Source: an uncultured Chloroflexia bacterium | Lineage (GTDB): Bacteria > Chloroflexota > Limnocylindria > Limnocylindrales > CSP1-4 | Direction of reading: 5' to 3' | Assembly: GCA_963721655.1 (NCBI GenBank) | Contig: CAVRKH010000008.1 | Coordinates: 1,026-65,025 of the forward strand | DNA length: 64,000 bases | Notes under the pieces: generated by a model | The model's input: only the letters and a program-made list of their open reading frames with translations | Told to the model about the DNA's origin: nothing | Database searches by the model: none | Translations under genes and position numbers: made by a program | Shown here: positions 25,958-37,832 of the stretch, piece by piece | Numbering within the stretch: position 1 is the stretch's first letter | Layout of the letters: every line of letters begins with the position of its first letter

Positions 25958-27526
25958 ATGCTTCAGCTCCCATCCCCCGGAAGTCACGGGGCGCGCTCGT
26001 CCGAAGCGCGTACGTTGACGCGCCTTCCCCTGCACCCGGTCCTGTTTGCCGCGTACGCGGTCCTCTTCCTGTACGCGCAGAACCTGAGCGAAGTCCTGCT
26101 CGTCGACATCGGCGCGCCGCTCGCGCGGGCCGTGCTCGGGGCGGCGGCCGCGCTGCTCCTGCTGGCGTTGCTCTACCGCTCCCCGGAGCGCGGCGCGATC
26201 GTCGCGTCGGCCCTCGTGGTCGCGTTCTTCGCCTTCGGCCACGTCGCGTCCGTGCTCGACTCGAGGGCCTCGGACGCCGCCCAGCTCGCGGCCTGGCTCG
26301 CTGCTGATCGTGGTCGCTGCCGTCTACGCGGCGCGGGCAGGCTCGGTGGCGCGCGTGACGCGCGGGCTCAACCTGGTCGCGGTCGTGCTGGTCGTCCTTG
26401 CCGCGATCACGATCGTCCCGTATGAGGCGCAGCGGGCCGGCCGTGCCCCGGTCTCGGTGGCGGGGCCACTGACTGCCGCCTCGGGCGCGACCCATGCGCC
26501 CGACATCTACTACCTCGTCTTCGACCGGTACGGCTCGGCGGACGCGATCGAACGCCGCTTCGGGATCACCGGCAACGACCTCTATGACTGGCTGGCGTCG
26601 CGCGGCTTCCAGGTCCCGCGCCGACAGCCGCGGCGCCTACCGCGCGACCGACTTCTCGCTCGCCGCGATCCTGAACATGCAGTACCTCGACAACCTGACC
26701 GAGGAGATCGGCCGAGTGAGCGACGATCGGACGCCGGCCCACGCGATGCTCGCGCAGCACGCCGTCGGTCGGTTCCTCAAGGAGCAGGGGTACCGCTACT
26801 ACCACATCGGGGCGTGGTTCGAGGCGACGGCATCGATCCCGATCGCCGACGAGAATCTGAGCTTCGACACCACGAGCGAGTTCGAATCGGTGTTGCGCGA
26901 CACGACGATCGTGCCGGCGATCGAGCAGCTCGTCGGCGTGCAGACGCCCGAGACGACGTTCCGCGACCGCCATCGCGAGGGGACGCTGTTCGCGTTCCGG
27001 CAGCTCCACCGGCTGGCCGACGGCGCCCGGCCCGAAGTTCGTGTTCGCGCACGTGCTGCTGCCGCACGATCCGTACGTGTTCCGTGCCGACGGGTCGGTC
27101 ATCCCCGAGGAGGAGTCGAAGCGCGAGGAGGAGAAGGACCTGTACCGAGGCCACCTGGCGTTCGCCAACGCGAACATCAAGTCGATCGTGGACGACCTGC
27201 TGTCCGGGCCCGACGACGAGGATCCGATCGTCATCGTGCAGGCCGACGAGGGCCCGCTGTTCTGCCGCAGCGTCGACTGCCCGGAGGAGAGCGTGGAATA
27301 CGCAGCGACCCGCTTCGGGGTGCTGAACGCCCTGTACCTGCCAGGGTTCGACGGCCAGCTGCCGGCAACGTTCAGCACGGTCAATACGTTCCGGACGATC
27401 TTCCGCGAGTACTTCGGGGCGGACCTGCCGGACCTGCCGGTCCACAGCTACTCATGGCCGGACAACGACCACATCTACGACTTCCGCGACATGACCGACC
27501 TTCTGGAGCAGCGCGACACGCCATAA
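25958..27526 (+). pseudogene. membrane-anchored sulfatase/LTA-synthase-like (alkaline phosphatase superfamily) protein, three frame changes
   Basis: TM region is in ORF 25922. It continues in ORF 26310 (..DIYYLVFDRYGS..), ORF 26494 (..YYHIGAWFEAT..) and ORF 27041..27526 (FAHVLLPHDPYVF..VIVQADEGP). Breaks near 26300, 26620 and 27030. Confidence 0.55.
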
Positions 27527-27563
27527 TGGCCGCGCCCATCGCATCACGGAGGTCGTCCACGTC

Positions 27564-27954
27564 GTGCCGCCGATCGACGAGCTGACCCGCATCGAGCCCG
27601 TCCTGCTCGACCGTCTCGAGCACCAGGGCATCTTCACGACCGGCCTGCTGCTGGAGGTGTCGGAGACACCGACCCGCCGCCAGACGCTCGCCGACCAGGT
27701 CAAGGCGACGCCGAACGACGTGCTCGACGTGGCGGGACGAGGCGCTGATGCTCAACCTGGCCGGCTTCGGGGAGGACGAGCACCAGCTGCTGATCCAGTC
27801 CGGGATCGAAGGGCTGCGCGACATCCTCGCGCTCAGCGTCGACGAGTTCCGCGAACGGCTCGCCCGCGGGGCGACCGAGCTGAAGGTGGACCCACCGAGC
27901 GACCTGACGATCCAGAGCTGGTGGGATCAGGCGCGCACGCTCGAAGAGGAGTAG
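27564..27954 (+). pseudogene. DUF4332-like helix-hairpin-helix protein, one frame change
   Basis: ORF 27564 N-part (..LLDRLEHQGIFTTGLLLE..) joins ORF 27748..27954 (MLNLAGFGEDEHQLLIQSGIEGLRD..). Break near 27720-27730. Confidence 0.5.
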
Positions 27955-28016
27955 GCGCAGGACTGGTACTCAGTCGCTCCTTGCCATCCTCATCCCGCCG
28001 CAGATTTGATGCCTGC

Positions 28017-28829
28017 CTAGGCGCTCGCGATGGCGCTTCGTTGGTCAGCGGTGTTCCGTCCCAGGTTGGAGCCGGTCGCGGCGACCAATCCGAGTACGAC
28101 GAGCCACGCCACAACGGCGGTCATCGAGAAGGCCAGCAACGGCACGGTGGTATCGATGAGCGGAGCGACACCAATCGCGACGGTGTCGTACATCGCGTGT
28201 ACGAACGTCACGACTGGCACTGATTCGCGTGATCCGTTGAAGACGAAGGACATGATCACGCTGATCGCGATCAGCTGGATCGTGCTGACGGCGACGTAGG
28301 CGAGCGGCGCGTCGGCGTTGCCGGCGAGCGCAACCCAGTGGAACGCGGCCCAGATCAGCCCAAGGACGAGGGCCGCGGCGAGCGGGCTCATCCGGTCCTG
28401 GAGCGTTGGCAGCGCGTAGCCACGCCAGCCGATCTCCTCGCCGAAGTTGGTCACGAGGAAGAGTGGCAGCAGCGCAATGAGCTCGGGGTGCCACGGGAAA
28501 CTACCTCCCCAGAGGGTGGCAATCGCCACACCGACAAGGTGTGCGAGCGGCAGGATGAGCAGCCCCACCACGTACCACTGCCACCCGACGCGCACCCGCG
28601 TGAGGCGTCGACGCCACGCGAGACGTTCGTGGGGTGTGCCAGCCACGCGAAGCACGAACCAGGCCATGATCGCCGGGACGTAGCTGACAGGGATCGCGAT
28701 GAGCGGCAACACCAGCGGGTTCGACGACAGCTGGGCGGATGCGATTGTCACGAGCCACCCAAGGCCGACCGATCCGACAAAAAACGTGGCAAGCGGGCGG
28801 CGAATGATCAACGCTTTGACGGGTCCCAT
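28017..28829 (-). CDS. CPBP family intramembrane glutamic endopeptidase (CAAX protease/Abi type)
   Basis: Polytopic ORF with the NFGEEIGWRGY motif and the downstream AAFHW motif. Confidence 0.75.
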   Translation of the reverse strand: MGPVKALIIRRPLATFFVGSVGLGWLVTIASAQLSSNPLVLPLIAIPVSYVPAIMAWFVLRVAGTPHERLAWRRRLTRVRVGWQWYVVGLLILPLAHLVGVAIATLWGGSFPWHPELIALLPLFLVTNFGEEIGWRGYALPTLQDRMSPLAAALVLGLIWAAFHWVALAGNADAPLAYVAVSTIQLIAISVIMSFVFNGSRESVPVVTFVHAMYDTVAIGVAPLIDTTVPLLAFSMTAVVAWLVVLGLVAATGSNLGRNTADQRSAIASA

Positions 28830-28965
28830 CTCAGGCTCCCTTCGCCATGCGTCGGCGGTCCGCGGCGATCATCTTGGACCACCATCCGTCGACGTCCGAG
28901 TGTCCGGAGGCACAGTCGGTGATTGCTTCGCGAAGTGGGCGCTTCGCAAGTGGGCGCCCCGCGAT

Positions 28966-29688
28966 CTACGCGGCTGTTGCCTCCACGTGCTCCGTGTCTG
29001 GACGCCGCGGTCCCACGCCTGCCGATTCGCCACCTTTGGCGCCTTCGATCAGGAGCCACACGAACGGAAGCAAGAGGCTGAGGACCCCGAGACTCGGGAT
29101 ACTGATTGCGAGGATGATGCCAGCCAGGCTGATCAGGTGATACGCCGTGATGATGGGAATGAGGGCCCACCCAAGGAGCCGTGTCCTGCCTTCGGTGCCC
29201 AGCAGCAGGAGACCCAGGAACCAGACGTCGATGCCGAGCACGAGCACAAGTTCCGGCCAATTCCCAAGCAGACCGAAGGCGAGGTCGTCCAGGGCGGCGT
29301 TCTCGGGAAAGAGACGGCTGACCGCCTGCAGGAGAAAGACCACGGCAAACGCGCCCGCGGATAGCGCCCCAATCACGTTGATCCAGCGGGGCAGCGCGAA
29401 GTCGAAGACTGCCCGGACGAAAAGCAGCATCCCGGTGCCCAGGACAACGTGAACGACGATCTCGGGCGCGCTCTCCCCGAGTGCCGAGGACGCCACTGCC
29501 AGGGGTATGGACGCAGCATCGTGACAGCGGCCGCAACGGCCCAGTGGATCGCATGGCGCATCCCCCGGTCGATAGGATTCCAGGTAGCAGTGGGTCAACA
29601 GTGACGCTCCTCGTCTGATCCCGAGGGACCTATCACCCCGGGATGGGAGCGATGTGGTCTCGGCCACACGGCCGCCGCACTTAGCCAA
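28966..29688 (-). CDS. polytopic membrane protein, N-terminus uncertain
   Basis: ORF 28966..29688. The first ~65 codons are Cys/Arg-rich and unconvincing. A TM-like start (MRHAIHWAVAAAVTML, ATG 29561) sits in another frame, so there is either a frame break near 29510 or an internal start. Confidence 0.5.
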   Translation of the reverse strand: MAKCGGRVAETTSLPSRGDRSLGIRRGASLLTHCYLESYRPGDAPCDPLGRCGRCHDAASIPLAVASSALGESAPEIVVHVVLGTGMLLFVRAVFDFALPRWINVIGALSAGAFAVVFLLQAVSRLFPENAALDDLAFGLLGNWPELVLVLGIDVWFLGLLLLGTEGRTRLLGWALIPIITAYHLISLAGIILAISIPSLGVLSLLLPFVWLLIEGAKGGESAGVGPRRPDTEHVEATAA

Positions 29689-29897
29689 ATTCCCATGCAG
29701 GGAACGTTAGGCCGGATCTGACGCGCTCTCGAGGGGTCCGGCGGCCTCGAACGGCTGATTCGGGGCGAATCCACGCCAATTTCCCGGCTGGCGGGAATCT
29801 GGCCGAAGCACGTCCGCTTGATGGCCTAAGCGCCCGGGGGTGCGAATTTGGCCAGGTTTGCAGGGCGGCATCCGGCGCACCACGGCTACCATGCTGC

Positions 29898-30608
29898 GTG
29901 AGCGCCATCGAACCGGAACAGTCGTGGCGCGGCCCCGTGGCGACGATCCTCGTCGGCATCGCGACGGCGATCGTCATCGTGAGCGTGGCGATCGCGCCGT
30001 TCCTGAGCTCGCCGTGGCTCGCGTTCGAGCAGGGCCGGGCTGAGGCCACGGCCTGGACCGGCTTCTCGGAGGCCGAGCTGGCCCGGGTGACCAACGCGAT
30101 CGTCGAGGACCTCGTCGTCGGACCGGCCGATTTCGACGTCTCCGTGGATGGCTCACCGGTCCTCAACGAGCGCGAACGCGGCCACATGCGCGACGTGCGA
30201 ACCGTGTTCGTGGGGCTGTGGGTCCTGACCGGAGTCGCGCTCATCGTGCTCGGGCTCGCCGCGCTCCTCGACCGGCCGCGCTTCTGGCGAGGCGTCCGGC
30301 GCGGCGCGGCCGTGCTCGCGGTGGGCGTCGTGGTCCTCGGTGTCGTCGCGCTGGTCGCATTCGACACCCTGTTCGAGACCTTCCACCGGCTGCTCTTCGC
30401 CGGCGGCAGCTACACGTTCGACCCCGCGTCGGATCGACTCGTCCAGCTGTTCCCGTTCGTGTTCTGGCAGGAGACCGCGATGGCGGTCGGCGTGGTGATC
30501 GTGGGGCTGTCGGCCCTGTTGTGGTGGATTGGCGGGGACCGGGAACGTGCCGCGCACCGGGCTGCGGCCACCGGCAGTTCGGCCAACCCGGCCCCGGAGA
30601 GCATATGA
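29898..30608 (+). CDS. TIGR01906/DUF1461 family integral membrane protein (Lit-like)
   Basis: N-terminal TM, ERERGHMRDVRTVF motif, and three further TM segments. Confidence 0.55.
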   Translation: MSAIEPEQSWRGPVATILVGIATAIVIVSVAIAPFLSSPWLAFEQGRAEATAWTGFSEAELARVTNAIVEDLVVGPADFDVSVDGSPVLNERERGHMRDVRTVFVGLWVLTGVALIVLGLAALLDRPRFWRGVRRGAAVLAVGVVVLGVVALVAFDTLFETFHRLLFAGGSYTFDPASDRLVQLFPFVFWQETAMAVGVVIVGLSALLWWIGGDRERAAHRAAATGSSANPAPESI

Positions 30609-31948
30609 CCGCCACCATCGACCGCCTGCTGTCCGTCGAAGAGGCCCGCGCAGGCGTCCTCGCCGCGATCACGGGTCCCGTCGGAACAGAAACGATCGCG
30701 ACCGCGGACGCCCTCGGCCGGGTGCTCGCGGAGCCGGTCGTCGCCAGGGTCTCGCTGCCGCCGTGGGACAACTCGGCGATGGACGGCTACGCGGTCCGGG
30801 CCGCCGACACGGTTGGCGCGTCCGAGGAGCACCCCGTCCGGCTCGTGGTGACCGGCGACGTGCCGGCCGGGAAGGCGGCGACGGGCACGGTCGGTCCCGG
30901 CGAGGCGTTCCGCATTGCGACCGGTGCCCCGATCCCGCCCGGCGCCGACGCGGTCGTCCAGGTCGAAGCCACGACGCCACTCGACACGGACGGCACGCCC
31001 GGTCCTCGCGGCCGCGATGCCACGGGTCCGCTACCGGCCGCGTGTCTCGTCCACGAACGAGTCGAACCCGGCGAGGCAATCCGCGCGCGTGGCAGCGACC
31101 TGGAGGAGGGGACCACGCTCCTCGAGCCGGGTCGCCGCCTCAGCGCACCGGCGATCGCGCTCGCCGCCGGGGCGGGCGTCGCGCAGCTCACCGTCCATCG
31201 CCGCCCCGTGGTTGCCGTGCTGGCCACCGGCGACGAGGTCCGGCCGCCCGGCGAACCGCTCGGCGAGGCCGGCATCCCCGACGCGAATGGTCCCGGACTT
31301 CGCGCGCTGCTCACCGCGGCCGGCTGCACGCCGCTGGATCTCGGCATCGCCCGCGACGACCTCGATGACGTCCTCGGGCGGTTGCGGCATGCGCTCGACG
31401 AGGGCGTCGACGCGATCATCGTGTCCGGCGGGGTCTCGGTCGGCCCGTTCGACGTCGTGAAGACCGCGATCGAAACGATCGGCCGGATCGACCTGTGGCG
31501 GGTTGCCGTCCAGCCCGGCAAGCCGTTCGCCTTCGGGACCGCGGCGCGACCGGCCGGCGGTCCCGACGCGCTCGTGTTCGGCCTCCCGGGCAACCCGGTT
31601 TCGAGCTTCGTCACCTTCGAGCTGTTCGTGCGCCCTGCGCTTCGCCGGCTCGCCGGCCGCCGCGATCTGTTGCGCGCCGCGGAAAAGGCGACGCTGCTCG
31701 AGCCGGTGCGCAAGAGTCACGGCAGGCGGGCGTTCATCCGCGTGATCAGCGAGCGTGACGATGCCGGAACGCCGCTCCGGGATGCGGATGGCCGCGTGAA
31801 GGTCAGGCTCGCCGGCGGCGCGGGCGGGCAGGGGAGCCATGTCATCTCGGCCCTCGCGAAGGCCGATGCACTTGCGATCATTCCGGAGGCCGACGACGAG
31901 TTGCCGGCCGGTGCCCCGGTTGCCCTGTGGTGGCTGGACGAAACGTGA
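30605..31948 (+). CDS. moeA: molybdopterin molybdenumtransferase
   Basis: ATG 30605 overlaps the previous stop. [12 protein letters not shown].. [17 protein letters not shown].. [10 protein letters not shown].. Confidence 0.85.
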   Translation: MTATIDRLLSVEEARAGVLAAITGPVGTETIATADALGRVLAEPVVARVSLPPWDNSAMDGYAVRAADTVGASEEHPVRLVVTGDVPAGKAATGTVGPGEAFRIATGAPIPPGADAVVQVEATTPLDTDGTPGPRGRDATGPLPAACLVHERVEPGEAIRARGSDLEEGTTLLEPGRRLSAPAIALAAGAGVAQLTVHRRPVVAVLATGDEVRPPGEPLGEAGIPDANGPGLRALLTAAGCTPLDLGIARDDLDDVLGRLRHALDEGVDAIIVSGGVSVGPFDVVKTAIETIGRIDLWRVAVQPGKPFAFGTAARPAGGPDALVFGLPGNPVSSFVTFELFVRPALRRLAGRRDLLRAAEKATLLEPVRKSHGRRAFIRVISERDDAGTPLRDADGRVKVRLAGGAGGQGSHVISALAKADALAIIPEADDELPAGAPVALWWLDET

Positions 31949-31961
31949 CCGAGGAGGAGCG

Positions 31962-32558
31962 ATGGACCGCAAGCCCCCCCGCGCCGAGCGACGTCGGCTG
32001 ACCCACGTCGACCGGTCGGGGCGGCCGCGGATGGTCGACGTCTCGGCCAAGCCGTCGACGGCGCGCCGAGCGGTCGCCGAGGCGGCGGTCGCAGTGAGCC
32101 AGGAGACCCTCAGCCTCGTCATCGACGGCGGTGGCCCGAAGGGCGACGTGCTGGGCGTGGCCGAGATCGCCGGGGTCATGGCCGCGAAACGGACCTCGGA
32201 GCTGATCCCGCTGTGCCATCCGCTGCCACTCACCGACCTGCTCGTGGCCATCACGCCGGACCGTGCCGCGGGTCTGCTGCGAATTCGTGCCGAGGCCGCG
32301 ACCACCGGTCCGACCGGCGTCGAGATGGAGGCACTCACCGCGGCGTCGGTCGCGGCCCTGACCGTGTACGACATGGTCAAGGGCGTCGAGAGGGGCGTCG
32401 AGATCCGCTCGGTCCGCCTCGTCTCGAAGAGCGGCGGCAAGAGCGGCGACTGGACGCGGCCCGCGGACGACGCCGCCGAGCTCACCGCGCCGCCGCGTCG
32501 CCGGCCCGGAGACCGCGTCGCCGGCCGGGTGGGCTCGAAGCGGAAGCGGCCGTCGTGA
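31962..32558 (+). CDS. moaC: cyclic pyranopterin monophosphate synthase accessory protein
   Basis: ATG 31962 after [26 protein letters not shown].. [10 protein letters not shown].. VYDMVK. Confidence 0.85.
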   Translation: MDRKPPRAERRRLTHVDRSGRPRMVDVSAKPSTARRAVAEAAVAVSQETLSLVIDGGGPKGDVLGVAEIAGVMAAKRTSELIPLCHPLPLTDLLVAITPDRAAGLLRIRAEAATTGPTGVEMEALTAASVAALTVYDMVKGVERGVEIRSVRLVSKSGGKSGDWTRPADDAAELTAPPRRRPGDRVAGRVGSKRKRPS

Positions 32559-33103
32559 CGGAGGGGGACTCGAAGGCGGCCGCGCCCGAAGAGCCGGCCC
32601 GCACGGCATTCGTGCTGACCGCCAGCGACCGCGGAGCAGGCGGGGACCGCGAGGACACGTCCGGCGCTGACGTGAGCCGCCGCCTCGAGCAGCTCGGGTT
32701 CCGCGTGGAGCGGATGATCGTCCCGGACGAGAAGGGCCGGATCTCCCGGGCGCTCGCGGCAGCCGCGGTCCGCCACCCGCTGGTCGTGACCACCGGCGGA
32801 ACGGGCCTGACCCCGCGCGACGTGACGCCGCAGGCCACCAAGGCCATCGTCGACTACGAGGTGCCGGGGATGGGCGAGGCGATGCGCGCGGCCGGTCGGG
32901 CGAAGACACCCTTCGCGGACCTGTCCCGTGGCGTTGTCGGCGTGCGCGGCCGCGCGCTGATCATCAACCTGCCGGGCAGCCCGAAGGGCGCGATCGAATC
33001 GCTCGAGGCCCTCGTGCCGCTGCTCGACCACGCGCTCGAGACGCTGGCCGGGCCGCACGACCACGGAGCCAGCCCGCAGCCGAAGCGGACGCCGTCGGGC
33101 TGA
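32555..33103 (+). CDS. MogA/MoaB family molybdenum cofactor biosynthesis protein
   Basis: GTG 32555 overlaps the moaC stop. [19 protein letters not shown].. [10 protein letters not shown]. Confidence 0.75.
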   Translation: MTEGDSKAAAPEEPARTAFVLTASDRGAGGDREDTSGADVSRRLEQLGFRVERMIVPDEKGRISRALAAAAVRHPLVVTTGGTGLTPRDVTPQATKAIVDYEVPGMGEAMRAAGRAKTPFADLSRGVVGVRGRALIINLPGSPKGAIESLEALVPLLDHALETLAGPHDHGASPQPKRTPSG

Positions 33104-33105
33104 CC

Positions 33106-35235
33106 GTGTTCGAACCGTTCGCCGAGGTGCCCGGCTACCCGCTGGTCTTCGTGCTGTTCTGGGGCGCAGCGGCGTTCTTCGCGCTCGCGATGGCCCGCCA
33201 CCTGCGGGTCTTCGCCGCGGCGCGCGCCGCCGGCCCGAGCCCGTTCGCCGACATCCCGCAGCGGTTCGCCGGCCTGGTCCAGTACGCGTTCGTCCAGAGC
33301 CGGATGTTCCGCGACCTGCGCGCCGGGCTCATGCACGCGGGCATCTTCTGGGGCTTCATCCTGCTCACGATCGGGACCGCCAACATCGTCACGGGCGGCC
33401 TGATCGAGACCGTGCTGTCGATCCCGTTCGACGGCCTCGTGTGGGCCGCCGTCAGCGCGATGCAGAACGTCGTCGCGGTGATCGTCCTGGTCTGCATCGC
33501 CTGGGCGTTCTGGCGCCGCCTGGTGACGAAACCGGCTCGGCTGACCTTCAACCGCGACGCCCTGATCATCCTCGGGATGATCGGCGGGGTCGTCGCCACC
33601 GAGCTGCTGGCCGAATCGTTCGAGTTCGCCCTGTACGGCGACCAGCCGGGTGCCTTCGTGTCGGCGGCGCTGGCCGTGCCGCTCCGGTCGACGCTTTCAG
33701 AGGGCGCGCTCGAAACCGGCTTCGCCGTGCTGTGGTGGGGCCACATGCTCCTTGTCGCGGCGTTCCTCGCCTACCTGCCGTTCTCGAAGCACCTCCACAT
33801 CGCCTCGAGCTTTCCGAACATCTGGTTCCGCAAGCTGCGCCCGCGCGGTGAGCTGCCGAAGCTCGACATCGAGGACGAGACCGCGACGTTCGGGCTGCGG
33901 ACGCTCCAGGACCTCGGCTGGAAGGACCTGCTCGACGGCTTCACGTGCACCGAATGCGGGCGATGCCAGGAGGCCTGCCCGGCCTGGAACACCGGCAAGC
34001 CGCTCAACCCCAAGACCTTCATCATGGGCATCCGGGACATGTCGGTCGAAGCCGAGCACGGCGTCGACCTCATCCCGAACTCGCCGATCGTGCGCGACAC
34101 GTACGGGCTCGACGACACGCAGCCGAATGCGGAGGCGCTCGCCCGGCCGATCGTCGACACCGCGATCCCGTACGAGGCGGTCTGGGATTGCGTCACCTGC
34201 GGGGCGTGCGTCGAGGCCTGCCCGGTGCTCATCGAGCACGTCGACAAGATCGTCGGGCTGCGCCGCAACCTGGTGCTCGAGGACTCGCGCTTCCCGCAGG
34301 AGCTGACCACCGCGATGCGGGCCATGGAGGGCCAGGGCAACCCGTGGGGTCAGCCCGCGTCGGCGCGGCTCGACTGGACGAAGCCGTTGCCCTTCGACGT
34401 GCGCACGGTCGCGGAGGTGCAGTCGGCCGGGGAGCTCGACGGGCTCGAAGTCCTGTACTGGGTCGGCTGTGCGGCCGCCTTCGACCCGCGGAACCAGAAG
34501 GTGGCCCGGGCGGTGGCGACCTGCCTGCATGCCGCGGGCGTGTCGTTCGCGGTGCTCGGCCAGGAGGAGTCGTGCACCGGCGACCCGGCTCGCCGGATGG
34601 GCAACGACTACGTGTTCCAGATCCTCGCGTCGGGCAATGTCGACACGCTGAACCGTTACGGGATGGGGGAGCGGACGATCGTCACGGCGTGCCCGCATTG
34701 CTTCAACACGATCGGCAACGAGTACGGCCAGCTCGGCGGCTCGTACCGGGTCGTGCATCACTCCACGTACCTCGCCGAGCTGGTCGCGTCGGGCCGGCTG
34801 GCGACACTCCCCGAGGATGCGACGTCGGAGACCGGCGACCACCGGCCGGGGAGCGTGACCGTTCACGATTCCTGCTACCTGGCCCGCTACAACGGGGTCA
34901 TCGCGGCTCCCCGGGACGTGCTCGGCGCGGCGGGCGTGGCAATCACGGAAATGGAGCGGTCGGGCCGCCAGACGTTCTGCTGCGGAGCCGGCGGCGGCCG
35001 GATGTGGATGGAGGAGACGCGCGGGACGCGGATCAACGCGGAGCGCGCCCGCGAGGTCATCGAGACCGGCGCCGACGCGGTCGCCACCGCCTGCCCGTTC
35101 TGCATGGTCATGCTGAGCGACGGCCTCGCCGCGGCCGATGGTGGCGGCCGGAGCGTGGCGACGCTCGACATCAGCGAGGTGCTCGCATCGCGGATCGCGG
35201 CCGCCCCACCGGAGCGCCAGCTGCCGGTCGTCTGA
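33106..35235 (+). CDS. membrane-anchored (Fe-S) oxidoreductase with two 4Fe-4S motifs and two CCG domains (EtfD/HdrD/GlpC-like)
   Basis: N-terminal about 5-6 TM helices. [12 protein letters not shown] and [12 protein letters not shown] motifs. Cys-rich CCG-type segments (..ESCTGDP.., ..CPHCFNT.., ..FCCGAGGG.., ..CPFCMVM). Confidence 0.8.
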   Translation: MFEPFAEVPGYPLVFVLFWGAAAFFALAMARHLRVFAAARAAGPSPFADIPQRFAGLVQYAFVQSRMFRDLRAGLMHAGIFWGFILLTIGTANIVTGGLIETVLSIPFDGLVWAAVSAMQNVVAVIVLVCIAWAFWRRLVTKPARLTFNRDALIILGMIGGVVATELLAESFEFALYGDQPGAFVSAALAVPLRSTLSEGALETGFAVLWWGHMLLVAAFLAYLPFSKHLHIASSFPNIWFRKLRPRGELPKLDIEDETATFGLRTLQDLGWKDLLDGFTCTECGRCQEACPAWNTGKPLNPKTFIMGIRDMSVEAEHGVDLIPNSPIVRDTYGLDDTQPNAEALARPIVDTAIPYEAVWDCVTCGACVEACPVLIEHVDKIVGLRRNLVLEDSRFPQELTTAMRAMEGQGNPWGQPASARLDWTKPLPFDVRTVAEVQSAGELDGLEVLYWVGCAAAFDPRNQKVARAVATCLHAAGVSFAVLGQEESCTGDPARRMGNDYVFQILASGNVDTLNRYGMGERTIVTACPHCFNTIGNEYGQLGGSYRVVHHSTYLAELVASGRLATLPEDATSETGDHRPGSVTVHDSCYLARYNGVIAAPRDVLGAAGVAITEMERSGRQTFCCGAGGGRMWMEETRGTRINAERAREVIETGADAVATACPFCMVMLSDGLAAADGGGRSVATLDISEVLASRIAAAPPERQLPVV

Positions 35236-35403
35236 GGTCGCGCCGCCGCACGCGCCGCGCGGTTTGTGCCAGATACGCACCACACGCGTGCTAGGCGTCG
35301 GATCAGGGTGGATCGCGGTCGGGATAGTCGCTACGGCACGGGGCTTTCGGCTTGGATCGCGCCACACGCATCACACGCGTAATGGCAAGGACCGTGGCCG
35401 GGA

Positions 35404-35631
35404 TCAGCCCGGCAGGCGCTTCCCGCAGGACACGCAGGTCGCGTCGGTGACGAGGTTGCCCATCCCGCAGTAGGGACAGCGCTTCATGCCTTCGGTCGCG
35501 ACCGCGAAATGGCCCTCGACGTCGCCGGCCGTCGCTTCCGCCTCGTGGCGCTCGCGCCGCAACAGGCTCAGCACGGCGAGCAGTCCGAGTACCGCGGCTC
35601 CGATCAGCACGAGCAGGGTCAGGTCGTCCAT
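35404..35631 (-). CDS. small membrane protein with C-terminal zinc-ribbon
   Basis: TM segment LTLLVLIGAAVLGLLAVLSLL, then CPYCG..N12..CVSCG. Confidence 0.55.
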   Translation of the reverse strand: MDDLTLLVLIGAAVLGLLAVLSLLRRERHEAEATAGDVEGHFAVATEGMKRCPYCGMGNLVTDATCVSCGKRLPG

Positions 35632-35783
35632 GAGCGCCTCCTGGCGGCTGGAGTCATGCCCCGCGCGACTCGCCGCCTGGACCCGAAATGTACGCCTTGC
35701 AGAAACGCACCGGCAAACCCGGTTTCACGTTGCGGCGGCATGTCAAACGGAGTCTGCCAAGACCGCTGATGCGCGCTGCTACG

Positions 35784-36971
35784 ATGCCCGTGGTGACTGC
35801 CCCGCCGCCCGGCCCCGGCTCCGCCTACCGACTGACCGATGAGCAGTCGATGCTGCGCGACGCCGTCCGCGTCCTGGCCGACGAGCAGATCGCGCCGCGA
35901 GCCGCCGAGATCGACCGGACCGCCGAATTCCCCCAGGACGTGCGCGCGCTCCTCGCCGCGCACGACATCCTGGCGCTGCCGTTCGCCGAGCGCTTCGGCG
36001 GGCTCGGTGGGGAGCTCCTGACGCTGTGCCTCGCCATCGAGCAGATCAGTCGCGCCTGCGCCACGAGCGGCCTGATCCTGGCCGTGCAGGAGCTCGGAGC
36101 GCTGCCGATCATCCTCGCCGGCTCCGAGGAGCAGCAGGAACGCTGGCTGCCGGATCTCGCGGCAGGCCGGCAGCTGATCGCGTTCGCGCTGACGGAGGCC
36201 GAGGCGGGCTCGGACGTCGCCGCGACGCGGACCCGTGCCACCCGCGACGGCGACGCCTACGTCATCGACGGCTCGAAGCGGTTCATCAGCCACGGCTCGG
36301 TGGCCGACCTGATCACGGTCTTCGCGCTGACCGACCCGGAGGCGCCACGCTCCAAGCGGCTGTCGTGTTTTGTTGTCGAGGTCCCGACCGAAGGGTTCTC
36401 GGTGCCGCGCATCGAGCACAAGATGGGGATCCGCGGCAGCCCCACGGCCGAGCTGGCGTTCAACGGCGTCCGGATCCCGGCCGCGAACCGTATCGGCGAC
36501 GAGGGCGACGGCTTCGCGATCGCGATGCGCACGTTCGAGCGCTCGCGACCCGGCATTGCCGCCCAGGCGGTGGGGATCGCACAGGGCGCGCTCGAGGTCG
36601 CCACGCGCTACGCGCAGGAGCGGCGGCAGTTCGGGCAGCGCATCGGCGATCTCCAGATGGTGGGCGCGATGCTCGCCGACATGGACGCCGCGACCGAGGC
36701 CGCCCGCCAGCTGCTGTACAAGGCGTGCGCGGAGATCGACGCCGGGTCGCCGGACGCCGGTCGATGGGCGGCGATGTGTAAACTCGTGGCCGGTGACACC
36801 GCCATGCGGGTCACGACCGACGCCGTCCAGGTGCTCGGCGGATATGGCTACATCGACGAGTTCCCAGTCGAGCGGATGATGCGCGACGCGAAGATCACCC
36901 AGCTCTACGAAGGCACTCAGCAGGTGCAGCGTCTCGTGATCGCCAGGTCATTGCTCGGCAAGGACGCCTGA
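35784..36971 (+). CDS. acyl-CoA dehydrogenase
   Basis: ATG 35784 in ORF 35688..36971. LTDEQSMLRDAVR.., FALTEAEAGSD, ..YEGTQQVQRLVIAR. Confidence 0.85.
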   Translation: MPVVTAPPPGPGSAYRLTDEQSMLRDAVRVLADEQIAPRAAEIDRTAEFPQDVRALLAAHDILALPFAERFGGLGGELLTLCLAIEQISRACATSGLILAVQELGALPIILAGSEEQQERWLPDLAAGRQLIAFALTEAEAGSDVAATRTRATRDGDAYVIDGSKRFISHGSVADLITVFALTDPEAPRSKRLSCFVVEVPTEGFSVPRIEHKMGIRGSPTAELAFNGVRIPAANRIGDEGDGFAIAMRTFERSRPGIAAQAVGIAQGALEVATRYAQERRQFGQRIGDLQMVGAMLADMDAATEAARQLLYKACAEIDAGSPDAGRWAAMCKLVAGDTAMRVTTDAVQVLGGYGYIDEFPVERMMRDAKITQLYEGTQQVQRLVIARSLLGKDA

Positions 36972-37031
36972 CGGGGGAGCCCGCCATTCGGCCTGCCACC
37001 ACGCCCAAGGGCAGGGGAGGGTACCCGCTTC

Positions 37032-37832
37032 GTGCGCATCGTCGTTCTCGTCAAGCCAGTCCCCGATCCCGCGTCGGGCGCCGAGCGCCTCGGGCCGGAC
37101 GGCCGGCTTGACCGGGCCGCCGGGCCCGCCGTCGTCAACGGCAACGACGAATACGCGCTCGAAGCGGCGCTCAAGCTCGTCGAAGCGCATGGCGGCGAGG
37201 TGACGCTCGTGTCGATGGCGCCGGCGAATGCGCCCGAGACGATGCGCAAGGCACTCGCGATGGGCGCCGCGAGCGGCGTCCACGTGACCGATCCGGCCCT
37301 CGAGGGTTCGGACATCGTGTCCACGGCACGCGTCCTGGCGGCGGCGCTCGAGGGCCTCGAGTTCGACCTCGTGCTTGCCGGCGTCGACACCTCGGACGGG
37401 GTGTCGGGCGTCGTGCCGGCGGGCGTCGCGGCGCTGCGGCGGCTGCCGTACCTGTCGTACGCGGCGAAGATCGAGCCCGACCCGGGAGCCGGCACCGTCC
37501 GCGTCCAGCGCATCAGCCCGACCGGGTACGACGTGCTCGAGGCCCCGATGCCCGCGCTCATCTCCTGCACACAGGCCCTCGGCGAGCCGCGCTACCCGTC
37601 GCTCAAGGGGATCATGGCCGCCCGCTCGCGCACGATCGACACCCGCGCGCTGGGCGATCTCGGCGTCGATGGCGCGGGTGTGGGCGGGGCCGTGACGACC
37701 ACCGCGGTCGTCGACTCGCGGCCGCCCGAGGCCCGGGCCGCCACACGGGTCGTGCGCGAGGCACCCGAGGAGGCCGCCAGGCAGGTCGTCGCGTTCCTCG
37801 CCGAGCGTCGCCTGGTCGGGGGTGCGCGCTGA
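37032..37832 (+). CDS. etfB: electron transfer flavoprotein beta subunit
   Basis: VRIVVLVKPVPD.. is typical of the EtfB N-terminus. Stop overlaps the etfA start. Confidence 0.85.
   Translation: MRIVVLVKPVPDPASGAERLGPDGRLDRAAGPAVVNGNDEYALEAALKLVEAHGGEVTLVSMAPANAPETMRKALAMGAASGVHVTDPALEGSDIVSTARVLAAALEGLEFDLVLAGVDTSDGVSGVVPAGVAALRRLPYLSYAAKIEPDPGAGTVRVQRISPTGYDVLEAPMPALISCTQALGEPRYPSLKGIMAARSRTIDTRALGDLGVDGAGVGGAVTTTAVVDSRPPEARAATRVVREAPEEAARQVVAFLAERRLVGGAR

Noticed and set aside
35236-35403. Repeated CCACACGC(G/A)T and CACACGCGTG motifs between the EtfD-like gene and the small zinc-ribbon ORF.
   Set aside because: Only two or three short, imperfect occurrences lie in a convergent intergenic region. 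There is no clear palindrome spacing or associated regulator.
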